A stretch of 64,000 bases of DNA from an uncultured Prevotella sp. (lineage in GTDB: Bacteria > Bacteroidota > Bacteroidia > Bacteroidales > Bacteroidaceae). The stretch is from positions 8,812 to 72,811 of the forward strand of contig ONYL01000007.1 in the NCBI GenBank assembly GCA_900322035.1, read 5' to 3'. Positions 1 to 10,098 of this stretch are shown piece by piece (the first letter of the stretch is position 1; every line of letters starts with the position of its first letter). The translations under genes and the position numbers were made by a program. The notes below the pieces were generated by a model. The model searched no databases. It saw nothing but the letters and a program-made list of their open reading frames with translations, and was not told the origin of the DNA.

Positions 1-238
1 CGAACGAGGCGACTTCCATCTCCTGACCGTTTACCACCGTGGGCCGCCATTCCGTGCACTGCTCATACATCTGTCTGCGGTCTGCACAACTGGCGACGCG
101 GAGGTAGAACGTCTCTGTCCGCAGGAAAAGCTCCTCGACAAGTTCCTTGATGAACGAGCCGGAATCAGTACGGAACATGCGCACGTAAAGTCCGTGAGCC
201 TCTATATTGTTCGGCATACGGCTCAGCTCCTCCACCTG
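1..238 (-). mobile_element. IS1380-family transposase internal fragment (pseudogene, runs off the window edge)
   Basis: Not in the ORF track. Hand translation of the minus strand gives QVEELSRMPNNIEAHGLYVRMFRTDSGSFIKELVEELFLRTETFYLRVASCADRRQMYEQCTEWRPTVVNGQEMEVASF, resembling the 'FRAD(C/S)GS...FYIRA...W' segment of Bacteroidales IS1380 DDE transposases. The N-terminal part is missing. Confidence 0.7.
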
Positions 239-399
239 TCATCCACGCCGGACCGATGAGGCGTGACGTAATAATGGCATGGGGAATGAACGCTCCGGAA
301 GTCGGACAGCCGAAGACGTATCCCTCAAAATAGTTCCATGCCCAGTGCATTCCTATCGGTGCCCATAGCAAATGATGAAAGACGTAGGCCAACCCCAAC
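230..399 (-). pseudogene. CPBP (CAAX-protease-like) intramembrane metalloprotease C-terminal fragment
   Basis: LGLAYVFHHLLWAPIGMHWAWNYFEGYVFGCPTSG...GPAWMTGG matches the CPBP 'LW.PIG.H..WN' motif and the 'GP.W.TGG' tail. There is no N-terminal half and no credible start. Confidence 0.65.
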
Positions 400-489
400 T
401 TATCTCCGTAAGAGAATTCTGTAGCCGAGGATGCCACCGAGGGTCGACGCGACAAGGAAAATATTGGAGACTGGAAATGTAGGTAATCT

Positions 490-837
490 CTATGGCCTTA
501 CCACCTCTTCGAAGTGCGCCTTGGCCCAACTGATGAGCTGCTCAAGGGTGGGGATGAGCGACTTGCCAGTGTCGGTGAGACTGTACTCCACGCGCGGCGG
601 CACCTCGGGATAGACCTTTCGCCCCACGAGATGACTTGCCTGCAACTGCTTGAGCGTCTTGGAGAGCATCTTCTGCGAGCAGTCGCTCATGCGGGCGTGC
701 AGCTCGTTGAAGCGCATCACACCCGTCTGACTCCTGTCCAAGGTGTAAAGTACGAGCACCGACCACTTGTCGCCGAAACGGCTGATGACCTGTCGGATGG
801 GACAAGTGAGATATTCGGGATTGATTTCTTTCTTCAT
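490..837 (-). CDS. HxlR-family winged-helix transcriptional regulator
   Basis: CPIRQVISRFGDKWS...RFNEL...SQKMLSKTLKQL...RKVYPEVPPRVEYSLT, with an N-terminal Cys typical of redox-sensing HxlR/MarR proteins. Confidence 0.93.
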   Translation of the reverse strand: MKKEINPEYLTCPIRQVISRFGDKWSVLVLYTLDRSQTGVMRFNELHARMSDCSQKMLSKTLKQLQASHLVGRKVYPEVPPRVEYSLTDTGKSLIPTLEQLISWAKAHFEEVVRP

Positions 838-868
838 ATTTCAACGACTGTTGTCTTAGTGTACACTG

Positions 869-1026
869 CAAAAGTAACCAATAGTGACTAAAGTACAAAA
901 AGTAATAGGTTAATGCGTGTTAAAGTTGATCTGAAGCGCATTAGTGTTCTTGCAATTCCTACCAAGCGGTAACCATAAGACTGGAGAGTAACCTCTTGCA
1001 GGATATGGAATTAATGCCTATCTTTG
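869..1026. promoter_or_regulatory. Divergent Bacteroidota sigma70 promoters with putative HxlR operator repeats
   Basis: TACTTTTG (-, 869-876) and TATCTTTG (+, 1019-1026) fit the -7 TAnnTTTG element. GTAACC motifs occur at ~874 (imperfect palindrome AGTAAC-N5-GTGACT), ~969 and ~988. Confidence 0.55.
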
Positions 1027-1125
1027 CACTCGCAAACGGGGATGAAGACCCAGACAAATGAGTTGGAGAATCCCTTATTTAAGAAACATAATTTTCACAA
1101 TAAGCAAAAGAAAGGAAAACAGATT

Positions 1126-1785
1126 ATGGCAAATGTAGTTTTAATAGGTGCAACAGGATTCGTAGGTTCAGCAGTTCTCAACGAGCTGCTCTCTCGTGGA
1201 CACAAGGTAACGGCAGTGGTGCGCAATGCCGCCAAGCTGCAAAAGAACGACAACCTCACCGCCGTAGAGGAGGATGTGGCCAACGTGGACGCTATCGCCA
1301 ACATTGCAAAGGGCAAGGATGCCGTCATTTCGTCCTATAACCCTGGGTGGAGCAATCCACAGATGGGCAAGATCAACGATGAGAATTATCCCAAGATCGT
1401 GGAGGCAGTGAAGAAGAGTGGCGTTCAGCGTCTGCTCATCGTCGGCGGTGCCGGAACACTGTTTGTCAAGCCTGGTGTGCGTGTGGTGGATACCGGTGTC
1501 ATTCCCGACGCGATCATCGACGGTGTTCGTTCTTTGGGCAACTTCTATCTCAACTTCCTCACCAAGGAGCACGACCTCGACTGGGTGTTCTTCTCTCCCG
1601 CCGGTGCTTTTGAGGATGCTGACAAGGGCCAGCGTACAGGCAAATTCCGCCTGGGCAAGGACGACCTCATCGTGGATCCAGCCACCGGTACGAGCCATAT
1701 CTCCGTACAGGACTATGCGATTGCCATGGTCGACGAACTGGAGAAGCCCGCTCACCATCAGGAGCGCTTCACCATCGGATACTAA
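1126..1785 (+). CDS. NAD(P)H-binding Rossmann-fold oxidoreductase (BVR-B/YwnB-like)
   Basis: GATGFVG, VGGAG and SHISVQDYAIAMVDE...HHQERFTIGY motifs. Start moved to ATG 1126 after an A-rich leader. Confidence 0.9.
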   Translation: MANVVLIGATGFVGSAVLNELLSRGHKVTAVVRNAAKLQKNDNLTAVEEDVANVDAIANIAKGKDAVISSYNPGWSNPQMGKINDENYPKIVEAVKKSGVQRLLIVGGAGTLFVKPGVRVVDTGVIPDAIIDGVRSLGNFYLNFLTKEHDLDWVFFSPAGAFEDADKGQRTGKFRLGKDDLIVDPATGTSHISVQDYAIAMVDELEKPAHHQERFTIGY

Positions 1786-1810
1786 CTTGCGATTAGCAAA
1801 CATTCCGCCA

Positions 1811-1842
1811 GTGCAGGGTAGGGTTCATGCCCTCCCCTGCAC
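1811..1842. terminator. GC-rich hairpin downstream of the oxidoreductase
   Basis: GTGCAGGG...CCCTGCAC inverted repeat between convergent genes; U-tract is weak. Confidence 0.45.
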
Positions 1843-2019
1843 TGACACCTCGACCGCAAACAACTTTTTCCCAAAAATAGGTAGCTGTCAAATGGAATTC
1901 TATAACAATATGTTAACTGACCCTTTCATATTACGCCCATCGTATCAGCATTGTCCAATGAGCCCCATATCCGGGTTTGAGTTGTGCGCCAGAGAAAAGC
2001 AGGAAAAGGCAGCAAAGTA

Positions 2020-2973
2020 TTAAAGCTCAGCAATGTCATCTGACGACATTCCCGTCACTTTCGCGATTGTCTCCAATGGCAGCCCCAAGGTCTTCATCGC
2101 TTTTGCGTTCTTTCTTCTTTCTTCAATTGTCCCCTGTTCAATGCCTTCTTTTCGTCCTTCTTTCCGTCCTTCTTTCCGTCCTTCTTTCCGTCCTTCTTTC
2201 CATCCTTTTTCCAGTCCCCTCAACTCAGCAGTATCAAGGACATTCTTCATGTCTCGATAGACCTTCAGGCTGTCCTCATAGTCCTGACGCTCTTCGGGGG
2301 TGTAGCGGGCAATCTCTGCCTGCTCAAAAAGCCGTGTGAAGATACGCTCCTGCAAGGCTGCCGGACGCTTCATCAGACGGGAAAGATTGTGAAGGACAAA
2401 AAGCCACTTGTCGTACATGGTCGTCAGCTCATTCTCCCCCTTGGTAAACTTCGGCATCTCAAGATAGAGGAAAGTCAGTTTGTCATAGAACACATGCTTG
2501 TCGTCGATATCCACCAACTTCACCTCATGCCTCAGGCTATCCTTGGGATATTCATGGTCGGGGAACACAAAGTCAAGGATTCCAACAGTATAGACTCCTT
2601 TAAGATTAAAATTCCAAATGCCTTTCTTGCCTTGATTCTGAATAGGAAAGGTGGAATAGAACACGCTTCTGTCCTTGAAAAACTGTTGCTCTGCCTTCTG
2701 CATCTCAACGATGAACGTCTCGCCCTGCTCGTTCTCGCAATAGACATCGAAGATGGCACGGCGGTCGCCATAGCCATTACCCAGGTTCTCACCATTAAGA
2801 TAGGTAAGATCCCGCACTACTTCCTTGCCATCGAAGAGTGAGTTGAGGAAGCTGATGAGCAAATCCTTGTTGAGGGGTGTGCCGAACAACTTCTTGAATC
2901 CGAAGTCGGTATAGGGATTGATATACTTGGCGCCGTTCATCTCCTCTATCTCTTGCATGCTTCTGTCTGTCAT
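2020..2973 (-). CDS. Rpn-family (PD-(D/E)xK) recombination-promoting nuclease/putative transposase
   Basis: YINPYTDFGFKKLFG, FDVYCE...FIVEMQ and EG-repeat C-terminus ending in IAKVTGMS. Confidence 0.93.
   Translation of the reverse strand: MTDRSMQEIEEMNGAKYINPYTDFGFKKLFGTPLNKDLLISFLNSLFDGKEVVRDLTYLNGENLGNGYGDRRAIFDVYCENEQGETFIVEMQKAEQQFFKDRSVFYSTFPIQNQGKKGIWNFNLKGVYTVGILDFVFPDHEYPKDSLRHEVKLVDIDDKHVFYDKLTFLYLEMPKFTKGENELTTMYDKWLFVLHNLSRLMKRPAALQERIFTRLFEQAEIARYTPEERQDYEDSLKVYRDMKNVLDTAELRGLEKGWKEGRKEGRKEGRKEGRKEGIEQGTIEERRKNAKAMKTLGLPLETIAKVTGMSSDDIAEL
2149..2205. repeat. 12-bp tandem repeat (TTTCCGTCCTTC, ~4.5 copies) encoding EGRK repeats in Rpn
   Basis: Directly visible in the sequence. 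Confidence 0.9.
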
Positions 2974-3713
2974 TTTTCGTCTATTTAGGGGTTCTGTTGC
3001 AAAAATAGGAATAGTTTATGATATGTGCAAATTATTTAGGCTGATTGTTTCCTATTTGTCTAAAAGAAACGATGCTGAAGCATGTGAGATATACAGGCTG
3101 CACGCTCGCTGATGAGAAGACGATATTCGCGCATTCCATGATGTGTTTTCGCTGTGTGTTGGCGGAATGAATTTCCGCGTTAAGAGATTAACTCTTAATT
3201 TTCCGGTTTTACAAAAAATAGATCAAACAGAAAGTCGAGGATGTTTTCGAACCGAGGGTGGCGCAGATGACTTAGCAAAGCTTCACTCCAGATGAAGTCG
3301 TTTACAAAAAGACTTCGTAAATTTGCTTTTGCTAATTGACCCGCTTTCATGAAAAGAAAACGATATTACGCAACGAAAGCAAATCTTGAAAAGAAATAAT
3401 TTCGAAAGCACTTTCAAATTGAAAATTAGCAATATTGATTAATATCAAAATGCTAAAAAACAAATAATAAAATGTCAATATCAAACTCTAAAATTCTTAA
3501 CATTCGGGATATTACAGGAGAAATATGACACTTTGCAAACTTCTTCCTTACTATTTGATAGTTTTAGTCTGATTAAGACTCTCGAAAATCACCGCTTGTA
3601 AAGCGAAAAATTTAAGGATAAAAGTGTGTTAAGAAACTTTTTAGTTACGAATCTTCTTTGTAATTTTGCACCAGAAATAAAAACAAACACTAAAGTTAAA
3701 CCTACAAATTACA

Positions 3714-4229
3714 ATGAAAAAGTTAGTTCTTTTTGGATTAATGTTGCTCGTCTCTACGATTTCATTCGGTAGAAGTCACATTGTAGACAAAGCCAACGTC
3801 ACAGTTGCTGACACTCTCTTCTACAGCCCAAAGCATCAGGTGGTGAGCAATCCCGAGAAGGCAAGCTACTACCGTCTGCTCGTCACGGTAGGCAAAGGTC
3901 TCTCCAAACAGGATGCGTTTGTCGACTACTACATGGACGGTAAGATGAAGGCCGAAGGCTCTTACAGCTTTTTGGACCTTAACAACGACAAGAATTCAAA
4001 ACTTGACGGCGAGGTTATCACTTACTACGCCAATGGCAAGGAGAAGCTCCATGGCAAATATGTCAACGGTCTGCGCGAGGGCTACTTCACTGCACAGTTC
4101 AAAGATGGCAGCATCGCCATTGTAGAATACAGGGATGGAAAGCCCGTCTACAATTACTGCCAGTTGACTCATCCCAACGGCGAATACGAGAAGATTCCTA
4201 TCAGCAAGTTAAATACAATCTTAGAGTAA
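3714..4229 (+). CDS. Secreted MORN-variant/YwqK-like repeat protein
   Basis: Signal peptide, then YYMDGKMKAEG and YYANGKEKLHGKYVNGLREG repeats. TAATTTTG -7 element at 3661-3668. Confidence 0.75.
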   Translation: MKKLVLFGLMLLVSTISFGRSHIVDKANVTVADTLFYSPKHQVVSNPEKASYYRLLVTVGKGLSKQDAFVDYYMDGKMKAEGSYSFLDLNNDKNSKLDGEVITYYANGKEKLHGKYVNGLREGYFTAQFKDGSIAIVEYRDGKPVYNYCQLTHPNGEYEKIPISKLNTILE

Positions 4230-4266
4230 GAAAGTAATAGTAATTTCCCATAAAAATGATTCATCG

Positions 4267-4292
4267 AGCGGCTCAGCGGAGTCGCTTTTTTT
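4267..4292 (+). terminator. Intrinsic terminator
   Basis: AGCGGCTC-AGCG-GAGTCGCT followed by a T-run. Confidence 0.8.
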
Positions 4293-4302
4293 GGCTCTAC
4301 AG

Positions 4303-4345
4303 AAAAAGACAAACCGCTTTGCAGGAAAGTGCTCTTGCAAAGCGG
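4303..4345 (-). terminator. Intrinsic terminator of the AraC gene
   Basis: CCGCTTTGCAGGA...TCTTGCAAAGCGG stem with a T-rich tail on the minus strand. Confidence 0.75.
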
Positions 4346-4372
4346 CATAATCGTATCATGTTGATTTGATGA

Positions 4373-5230
4373 CTAATTATTGGCGAGCTTGTCATCCTCC
4401 ACCTGAGGCGTGTGCTTAGGTGTATATCCGAATTTGTCTTTGTATGCACGTGAAAAATACGACTGATTGGTAATACCCACTTTATCCATCACTTCCCTTA
4501 CACGCCTGCATCCGTGAGCAAGAAGCCTCTGAGCCTCTTCAAGGCGCTTGTCGATGATCCAACGCTCAGGCGTCTGGTCGGTAACCTTTTTAAAGTCACG
4601 CTTGAAAGTGGAAAGACTCCGGCCCGTATAGTTGGCCAGCTCCTTCAACGACAGACGATACATGTAGTTTTCGTTCATAAATTCAAGCAGATCGATCTTC
4701 CAAGGCTCAGCGAAATCGAAAATAGAGGCGTAGACAGCCCGATCAGCTTTCAAAACACAAGTAAGTCCATCATTAAGTTTCTTACTTACCCACATTTCAT
4801 CAGGATGAGCATTGGTCTTGAGTGTTTCCAAAGCGCTTTCGAACAATACCTTCAATTCTTCGGTAACCGGCATTTTTAAAAAAGCTTTACGGCTTCTTTG
4901 CACATGAGCTCCTAATACATCACTGCTGAGACTACGGTAAACTCCCTGAAGAAACGGACGGGAGAAACTCATTGCAACAGACTCAAAACGATGCGTAGAC
5001 TTGTCGACATTTCTAACAATACTGACCGACAAGTCCTTTCTGACAAATACACATTCCCCGGCATGAAGGATAATCACCTTGTCTATTCGTCCTTTCTGCT
5101 CAAGTCTCAAGCTTCCCGAAAACAAATAGATAAGGCTGTGATTTTCCACAGGAATAACACTGCCAGTGTTATCGCCTTCTATCAGAGTATGCGAGATTTC
5201 ATTCATCTGTTTCATTTCGTAATCATTCAT
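4373..5230 (-). CDS. AraC-family transcriptional regulator (ExsA-like N-domain)
   Basis: ELANYTGRSLSTFKRDFKK...RLEEA...SYFSRAYKDKFGYTP double HTH. Confidence 0.93.
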   Translation of the reverse strand: MNDYEMKQMNEISHTLIEGDNTGSVIPVENHSLIYLFSGSLRLEQKGRIDKVIILHAGECVFVRKDLSVSIVRNVDKSTHRFESVAMSFSRPFLQGVYRSLSSDVLGAHVQRSRKAFLKMPVTEELKVLFESALETLKTNAHPDEMWVSKKLNDGLTCVLKADRAVYASIFDFAEPWKIDLLEFMNENYMYRLSLKELANYTGRSLSTFKRDFKKVTDQTPERWIIDKRLEEAQRLLAHGCRRVREVMDKVGITNQSYFSRAYKDKFGYTPKHTPQVEDDKLANN

Positions 5231-5417
5231 ATCTTTTTCTAATATCGAGACAAAAGTAAAAATAAATTTCTACATGACAAATTATTTGCTTTAAAATACG
5301 GAACTTTGACCCCATGAGTAAACAATACCTTACTAAAAAATTACTTTTGTTAGAAATTTATTAGAATAACAACCATTTTGCCAGTAACTAAGGAAAAACG
5401 GCTAATGAACGCAGAAC

Positions 5418-5466
5418 AAAAAAAGTCAACCGCTTAGAAAAGTAGAACAATTCCAAACGGTTGGCT
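5418..5466 (-). terminator. Probable terminator of xth
   Basis: AGTCAACCG...CGGTTGGCT inverted repeat with an A7 run (T7 on the minus strand); the loop is large. Confidence 0.5.
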
Positions 5467-5508
5467 TACATCAGATAAAATATGAATGACCAGAAAAACC
5501 GATCAGCT

Positions 5509-6258
5509 TTATTCAAGATCCAGCTCCACGGGACAGTGGTCGGAACCGAATATATCCGTATGGATAGCAGCGCCTTTCAGGCGTGTGCGCAGCCGGTCGG
5601 AAATCAAGAAGTAGTCGATTCGCCAGCCTGCGTTTTTTTCTCTCGCCCTGAAACGGTATGACCACCAGCTGTAGGTGACCTCATCCGGATGGAGCACACG
5701 AAAAGTGTCGGTGAAGCCACTGCTGAGCAACTGCGTCATTCGCTCTCGTTCCTCATCGGTAAAACCGGCATTGCGACGGTTGGTCTTGGGGTTTTTAATA
5801 TCTATCTCTTCGTGGGCAACATTCATGTCACCACAGACGACAACTGGCTTCTTCTTGTCCAACTGATGGAGGTAAGCCTGGAAGTCATCCTCCCAGTGCA
5901 TACGATAATCAAGTCTGCGCAACTGGTCCTGAGAGTTTGGCGTATATACAGTCACGAGATAAAAGTCGGGATACTCAAGGGTGATGACGCGTCCTTCCTT
6001 GTCGTGTTCCTCGATGCCGATCCCCTTGCTGACGCTCAGCGGGTGATGGCGCGTGAAGATAGCCGTACCGCTATAGCCTTTCTTCTCGGCATAATTCCAA
6101 TAACTCTCGTAGCCGTCGAAAGAGATATCGAGCTGTCCTTCCTGCATCTTTGTCTCCTGAAGACAGAAGAAGTCAGCATCAAGTTTGGCAAAGCTTTCTT
6201 TGAAATCCTTGCCTACGCAGGCGCGAAGCCCGTTTACATTCCAGGATATGAATTTCAT
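5509..6258 (-). CDS. xth: Exodeoxyribonuclease III
   Basis: SWNVNGLRA, CLQETK, GDMNVAH, GWRIDYF and GSDHCP motifs. Confidence 0.97.
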   Translation of the reverse strand: MKFISWNVNGLRACVGKDFKESFAKLDADFFCLQETKMQEGQLDISFDGYESYWNYAEKKGYSGTAIFTRHHPLSVSKGIGIEEHDKEGRVITLEYPDFYLVTVYTPNSQDQLRRLDYRMHWEDDFQAYLHQLDKKKPVVVCGDMNVAHEEIDIKNPKTNRRNAGFTDEERERMTQLLSSGFTDTFRVLHPDEVTYSWWSYRFRAREKNAGWRIDYFLISDRLRTRLKGAAIHTDIFGSDHCPVELDLE

Positions 6259-6333
6259 AAAACAATGGATTATGGGGGTATTCTCTATGGGGCAAGAAGT
6301 GCAGGAGAAGTCTTCCCCACACTTCAGCCTGTA

Positions 6334-6927
6334 TCATATTCTCTTCGACTCTCCTCTCAACAGGTTCATAAACTCCTCACGCGTTTTTGCCTGATTGAAC
6401 GCACCACTGAAGGCGCTTGTCGTGGTGATGGCATTCTGCTTCTCCACACCGCGCATCTGCATACACATGTGCTTGGCCTCAACAACGACCATCACCCCCA
6501 TAGGCTTCAGCGTATCCTGAATGCACTCCATCACCTGCTTGGTCATGCGTTCCTGCACTTGCAGGCGATGACTGAAGATGTCTACCACACGGGCAATCTT
6601 GCTCAGGCCGGTGATATAGCCATTGGGAATATAGGCCACATGCGCCTTGCCATAAAACGGCAGCATGTGGTGCTCGCACATCGAGAAGAAATCAATGTCT
6701 TTCACGATGACCATCTGATTATAGTCCTCTTTGAAGAGGGCAGCATTGAGCACGGCATGAGGATCCTGAGAATATCCGCGTGTAAGGATCTGCATGGCCT
6801 TCGCCACACGCATGGGTGTCTTCTGGAGGCCCTCACGGGTGGGGTCCTCACCCAAGAGGGTGAGTATTTCTTTATAGTGTGCGGCCAAGTCATCAAGGCC
6901 GTTTCTGAATTCTGTTTCTGGATTCAT
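6334..6927 (-). CDS. folE: GTP cyclohydrolase I
   Basis: [33 protein letters not shown] and HMCMQMRG motifs. Start moved to MNPETEF. Confidence 0.97.
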   Translation of the reverse strand: MNPETEFRNGLDDLAAHYKEILTLLGEDPTREGLQKTPMRVAKAMQILTRGYSQDPHAVLNAALFKEDYNQMVIVKDIDFFSMCEHHMLPFYGKAHVAYIPNGYITGLSKIARVVDIFSHRLQVQERMTKQVMECIQDTLKPMGVMVVVEAKHMCMQMRGVEKQNAITTTSAFSGAFNQAKTREEFMNLLRGESKRI

Positions 6928-6983
6928 TATATAAAAAAGGTACAGTCTTCCGATGACCAGCGAGGTTATGGAAGACGGAGACA

Positions 6984-7814
6984 TTAATATTGAACGGTGA
7001 TTTTCCCTCTGAGTATGGTTGCGGAATTAAAGCCCATAGCTTTGATTTTGCGCAGCATACGATTGGCTTCCTCATAGGTACGGAAATTTCCAACGCGGCA
7101 TTTCCAGGAGGGAGAATAGAAATGCACGTAAACAGGCTGATCGGGAAACTTCATCTTAATCTTGTTTCCAATATCCTGAGCCCTTTGTCGGTCTTGCCGT
7201 GAATTGCCGCCGCTATAGACCTGAATGCGATAGCCCGTAATTTTCCGGCTGCCCCGCATCACCTTTTTGCGCATGTTGACGGTTTCTACATTCTCCTTCT
7301 CTTTAGTCTCATTGCGCTCTCTGTTAGCAGCATGCAGCTCGGCTGCCCTGCGTTCGTCGGCCAGCCGTTTCTCCTCGGCCAGCCGTTTCTCCTCGGCCGT
7401 GCGTTTCTCTTCAGCCGTGCGTTTCTCTTCAGCAGCTCTCTGCTCTTCGGCAGCGCGTTGCGCTTCGGCGGCCTTTTTAAGGCTGTCGTTCCGTTGCACT
7501 TGAGCCGTACGATCGTGTTGTCGTTGCGGTTCAGCCTTCTTGGTGGTCACGGCAGATTCGGGCAAGGCGGGCTTTCGTCCGGCGTTTGTGGTCTGTCTTT
7601 CTACGGTCTTCTTGCTATCAATCGTTTCGACCTTTTTCCGCGGAACGCTGTTCATTACTGAGGCTTTACCGTTCACGAGCTTGTCAATTTCCGAACTTTG
7701 TTCTACAGTCACACTACCCTTGCCCGTCTTCTGATGGAGATGTTCGGTAAATGTCTGAGCCTTTAGACTGACAGAACAAAAGGTAACGAGCAATGCAATG
7801 ACGATTTTCCTCAT
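6984..7814 (-). CDS. SPOR-domain peptidoglycan-binding protein with low-complexity linker
   Basis: Signal peptide, AEE(K/Q)R(A/T/L) 18-bp repeats, and C-terminal GYRIQVYSG...[12 protein letters not shown]. Confidence 0.88.
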   Translation of the reverse strand: MRKIVIALLVTFCSVSLKAQTFTEHLHQKTGKGSVTVEQSSEIDKLVNGKASVMNSVPRKKVETIDSKKTVERQTTNAGRKPALPESAVTTKKAEPQRQHDRTAQVQRNDSLKKAAEAQRAAEEQRAAEEKRTAEEKRTAEEKRLAEEKRLADERRAAELHAANRERNETKEKENVETVNMRKKVMRGSRKITGYRIQVYSGGNSRQDRQRAQDIGNKIKMKFPDQPVYVHFYSPSWKCRVGNFRTYEEANRMLRKIKAMGFNSATILRGKITVQY

Positions 7815-7941
7815 TCTTTTAATGGTTATTTCCCATCCGGCAGTCTCCCTCCCGCAAAAAAGGAAGGGAGACGCTGTGAATGGGTAATTTTACTGGTGTG
7901 AAGACCATCCTCGGTGAGGGTGGCTCAAAAAGAAAAGAATA

Positions 7942-10098
7942 TTACTTTTTCCAAGCATCGATGATGCCCTTGAAATCGTTGGCCTTCAAAGAAGCGCCAC
8001 CGATCAGACCACCGTCGATGTCGGGCTTTGCAAAGAGCTCAGGAGCATTGCTGGGCTTGCAGCTGCCGCCATAGAGGATGGTTGTGTCCTGAGCAGCCTC
8101 TTCACCGTACTTTTCAGCAACGATGCTGCGGATGTAGGCCAGCATTTCCTCTGCCTGATCAGCCGTAGCCGTCTTACCGGTGCCAATAGCCCAAATAGGC
8201 TCATAGGCCAACACGATGTTCTTCCACTCCTCGGCAGAAAGATGGAACACGCTGCCTTCGAGCTCAGCCTTCACAACTTCGTTCTGCTTGTTGGCCTCGC
8301 GCTCTTCCAGTGTCTCACCGCAACAGAAAATCACCTTCAAGCCATTGGCCAGGGCCAGATCCACCTTTGCCTTGAGAATCTCAGGAGTCTCGTTGTAATA
8401 CTGGCGACGCTCTGAGTGGCCGAGAATGACATACTGAGCACCGGTGCTTTTCACCATAGCGGCAGAAACTTCACCTGTATAGGCACCCTTCTCCTTGTCG
8501 GCACAGTTCTCTGCGCCCAAGGCTACGACATTCTGATCCAGCACCTCAGCCACCTTTGCCAAGTGGATGAACGGAGTGCAGATGATGACGCCGCAATTGG
8601 GCTTGTCGGCTGCCAGTACGTCGTTGATTTCCTTTGCCAAAGCAACACCTTCCTGCAGGTTCTCATTCATTTTCCAGTTGCCTGCTACAATTTTCTTTCT
8701 CATTTTACTTTTGTTTTTAAATGATTGAATATTGAGTTCTGATTCTAATTTCTTTATTTTATTGATTTGTTTCTCCTGTGCCGACCTCACTTTTGCCGAC
8801 CAGGCCCACAACCTGTCGGCAAGGGTCAGGAGTGCGAGCGGCAGTACAAACCACAGCAGCACCATCGCGACCTTGTGAGGCATGGGATCGGTGGCCATCC
8901 GGCCTACCACCGACTGGGCGATAGGTTTATTCAACTGCTCCACGGGCAAATCGTTGTGGCTCCACTTGCCAATGATGGTTCCGTCCTTGAGCAACAGGAG
9001 TCCGGGATTGCTGCGGATGATGGTTTTCAGTGTCGTCCCGTCTGTCAGGCAGAAGGGGTACTCTGCTCCCGTGAGGTCTTGCCAGCGGCTGATGGCCTTC
9101 CTGTCACTGGCCGTCAGACAGTAGAACGGCACGTGGTTGTCCTGGGCGTACTCATAAACATTGTCGATGTTGCCGAAGTTGCTGTCATCGGCATCCGACA
9201 GATTAGGCGAGATGAGCAGAAAAGTATAGCCCTTGTGGCCTAATACCTGCTGCGTGATGTCCTCGCCATCGAGTTCGATGTTGAAATCGTGAATGGGCGG
9301 CACATAGCCCGCCTGGGTCTGCACGGTCTTTGAATCAACAAACGTCCACGTAGAATCGGGATAATTCTCCAGGGAGAATTCCTTTCTGACTCCATTCTTC
9401 TCTAAGATGAAGGTCGTCTCAAATTTCGGTTGAGGTGCTCCGGGAGGTATCTCCATCCCCTTCCTGATATTCGCGCCGATATGATAGGAACGGAAGTCAA
9501 AGGGGGGCAATTTGTAAAGGCTCCATCCACTTGAGGCGAGGATGAAGAGAATAGTGTAGTTGACGACGATCCACTGATTGCTTTTGCCCACGAAGCGGGG
9601 CATTCTCAGCGGTGCCCATGCCGTGCAGAGGCTCATTGCCAACAGAGCGATGTTCTTCATCAGCGTCTGGGCGTTGGTGAGATGGACGGCATCACCAAAA
9701 CAGCCACAATCCTTTACAGGATTGGCAATCACGAGCCAAACCGTGACAAGTGTCATAAAGCCCATGAAGGCCACAGTCAACCGCGTGACCAAGCGCCGGC
9801 GAATGGCAAAGAGCAGGAATACGCCCAAGCAGAACTCGAGCGACGACAGGCTGATCGACCCCGCGAGTTCCACCCAAGCCGGTATATAGTCCTGCAGGTG
9901 AAGGGCTGTCAGATAATCGTGTATCTTATACTGCGTGCCGAGCGGATCGATGGCCTTCACATAGCCCGAGAAGATGAATGTCAAGGCCATCAGCAACCGG
10001 CTGGCATTCACCACAATGCCAAACACTTTGCTGGCCTTTACACGAGCCCAAAGCGAAGACTCCCTAAGAGTGCCGACTACGTTTTCACCGTCCTTCAT
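7942..10098 (-). CDS. tpiA: BT_3928-like DoxX/MauE membrane protein fused in frame to triose-phosphate isomerase (TPI part 7942-8703)
   Basis: N-part: [26 protein letters not shown] and a final TM helix. C-part: [39 protein letters not shown]. No stop codon lies between them. Confidence 0.9.
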   Translation of the reverse strand: MKDGENVVGTLRESSLWARVKASKVFGIVVNASRLLMALTFIFSGYVKAIDPLGTQYKIHDYLTALHLQDYIPAWVELAGSISLSSLEFCLGVFLLFAIRRRLVTRLTVAFMGFMTLVTVWLVIANPVKDCGCFGDAVHLTNAQTLMKNIALLAMSLCTAWAPLRMPRFVGKSNQWIVVNYTILFILASSGWSLYKLPPFDFRSYHIGANIRKGMEIPPGAPQPKFETTFILEKNGVRKEFSLENYPDSTWTFVDSKTVQTQAGYVPPIHDFNIELDGEDITQQVLGHKGYTFLLISPNLSDADDSNFGNIDNVYEYAQDNHVPFYCLTASDRKAISRWQDLTGAEYPFCLTDGTTLKTIIRSNPGLLLLKDGTIIGKWSHNDLPVEQLNKPIAQSVVGRMATDPMPHKVAMVLLWFVLPLALLTLADRLWAWSAKVRSAQEKQINKIKKLESELNIQSFKNKSKMRKKIVAGNWKMNENLQEGVALAKEINDVLAADKPNCGVIICTPFIHLAKVAEVLDQNVVALGAENCADKEKGAYTGEVSAAMVKSTGAQYVILGHSERRQYYNETPEILKAKVDLALANGLKVIFCCGETLEEREANKQNEVVKAELEGSVFHLSAEEWKNIVLAYEPIWAIGTGKTATADQAEEMLAYIRSIVAEKYGEEAAQDTTILYGGSCKPSNAPELFAKPDIDGGLIGGASLKANDFKGIIDAWKK

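Noticed and set aside
5689-6987. 432-aa plus-strand ORF
   Set aside because: Antisense shadow of xth and folE with no recognisable motifs.
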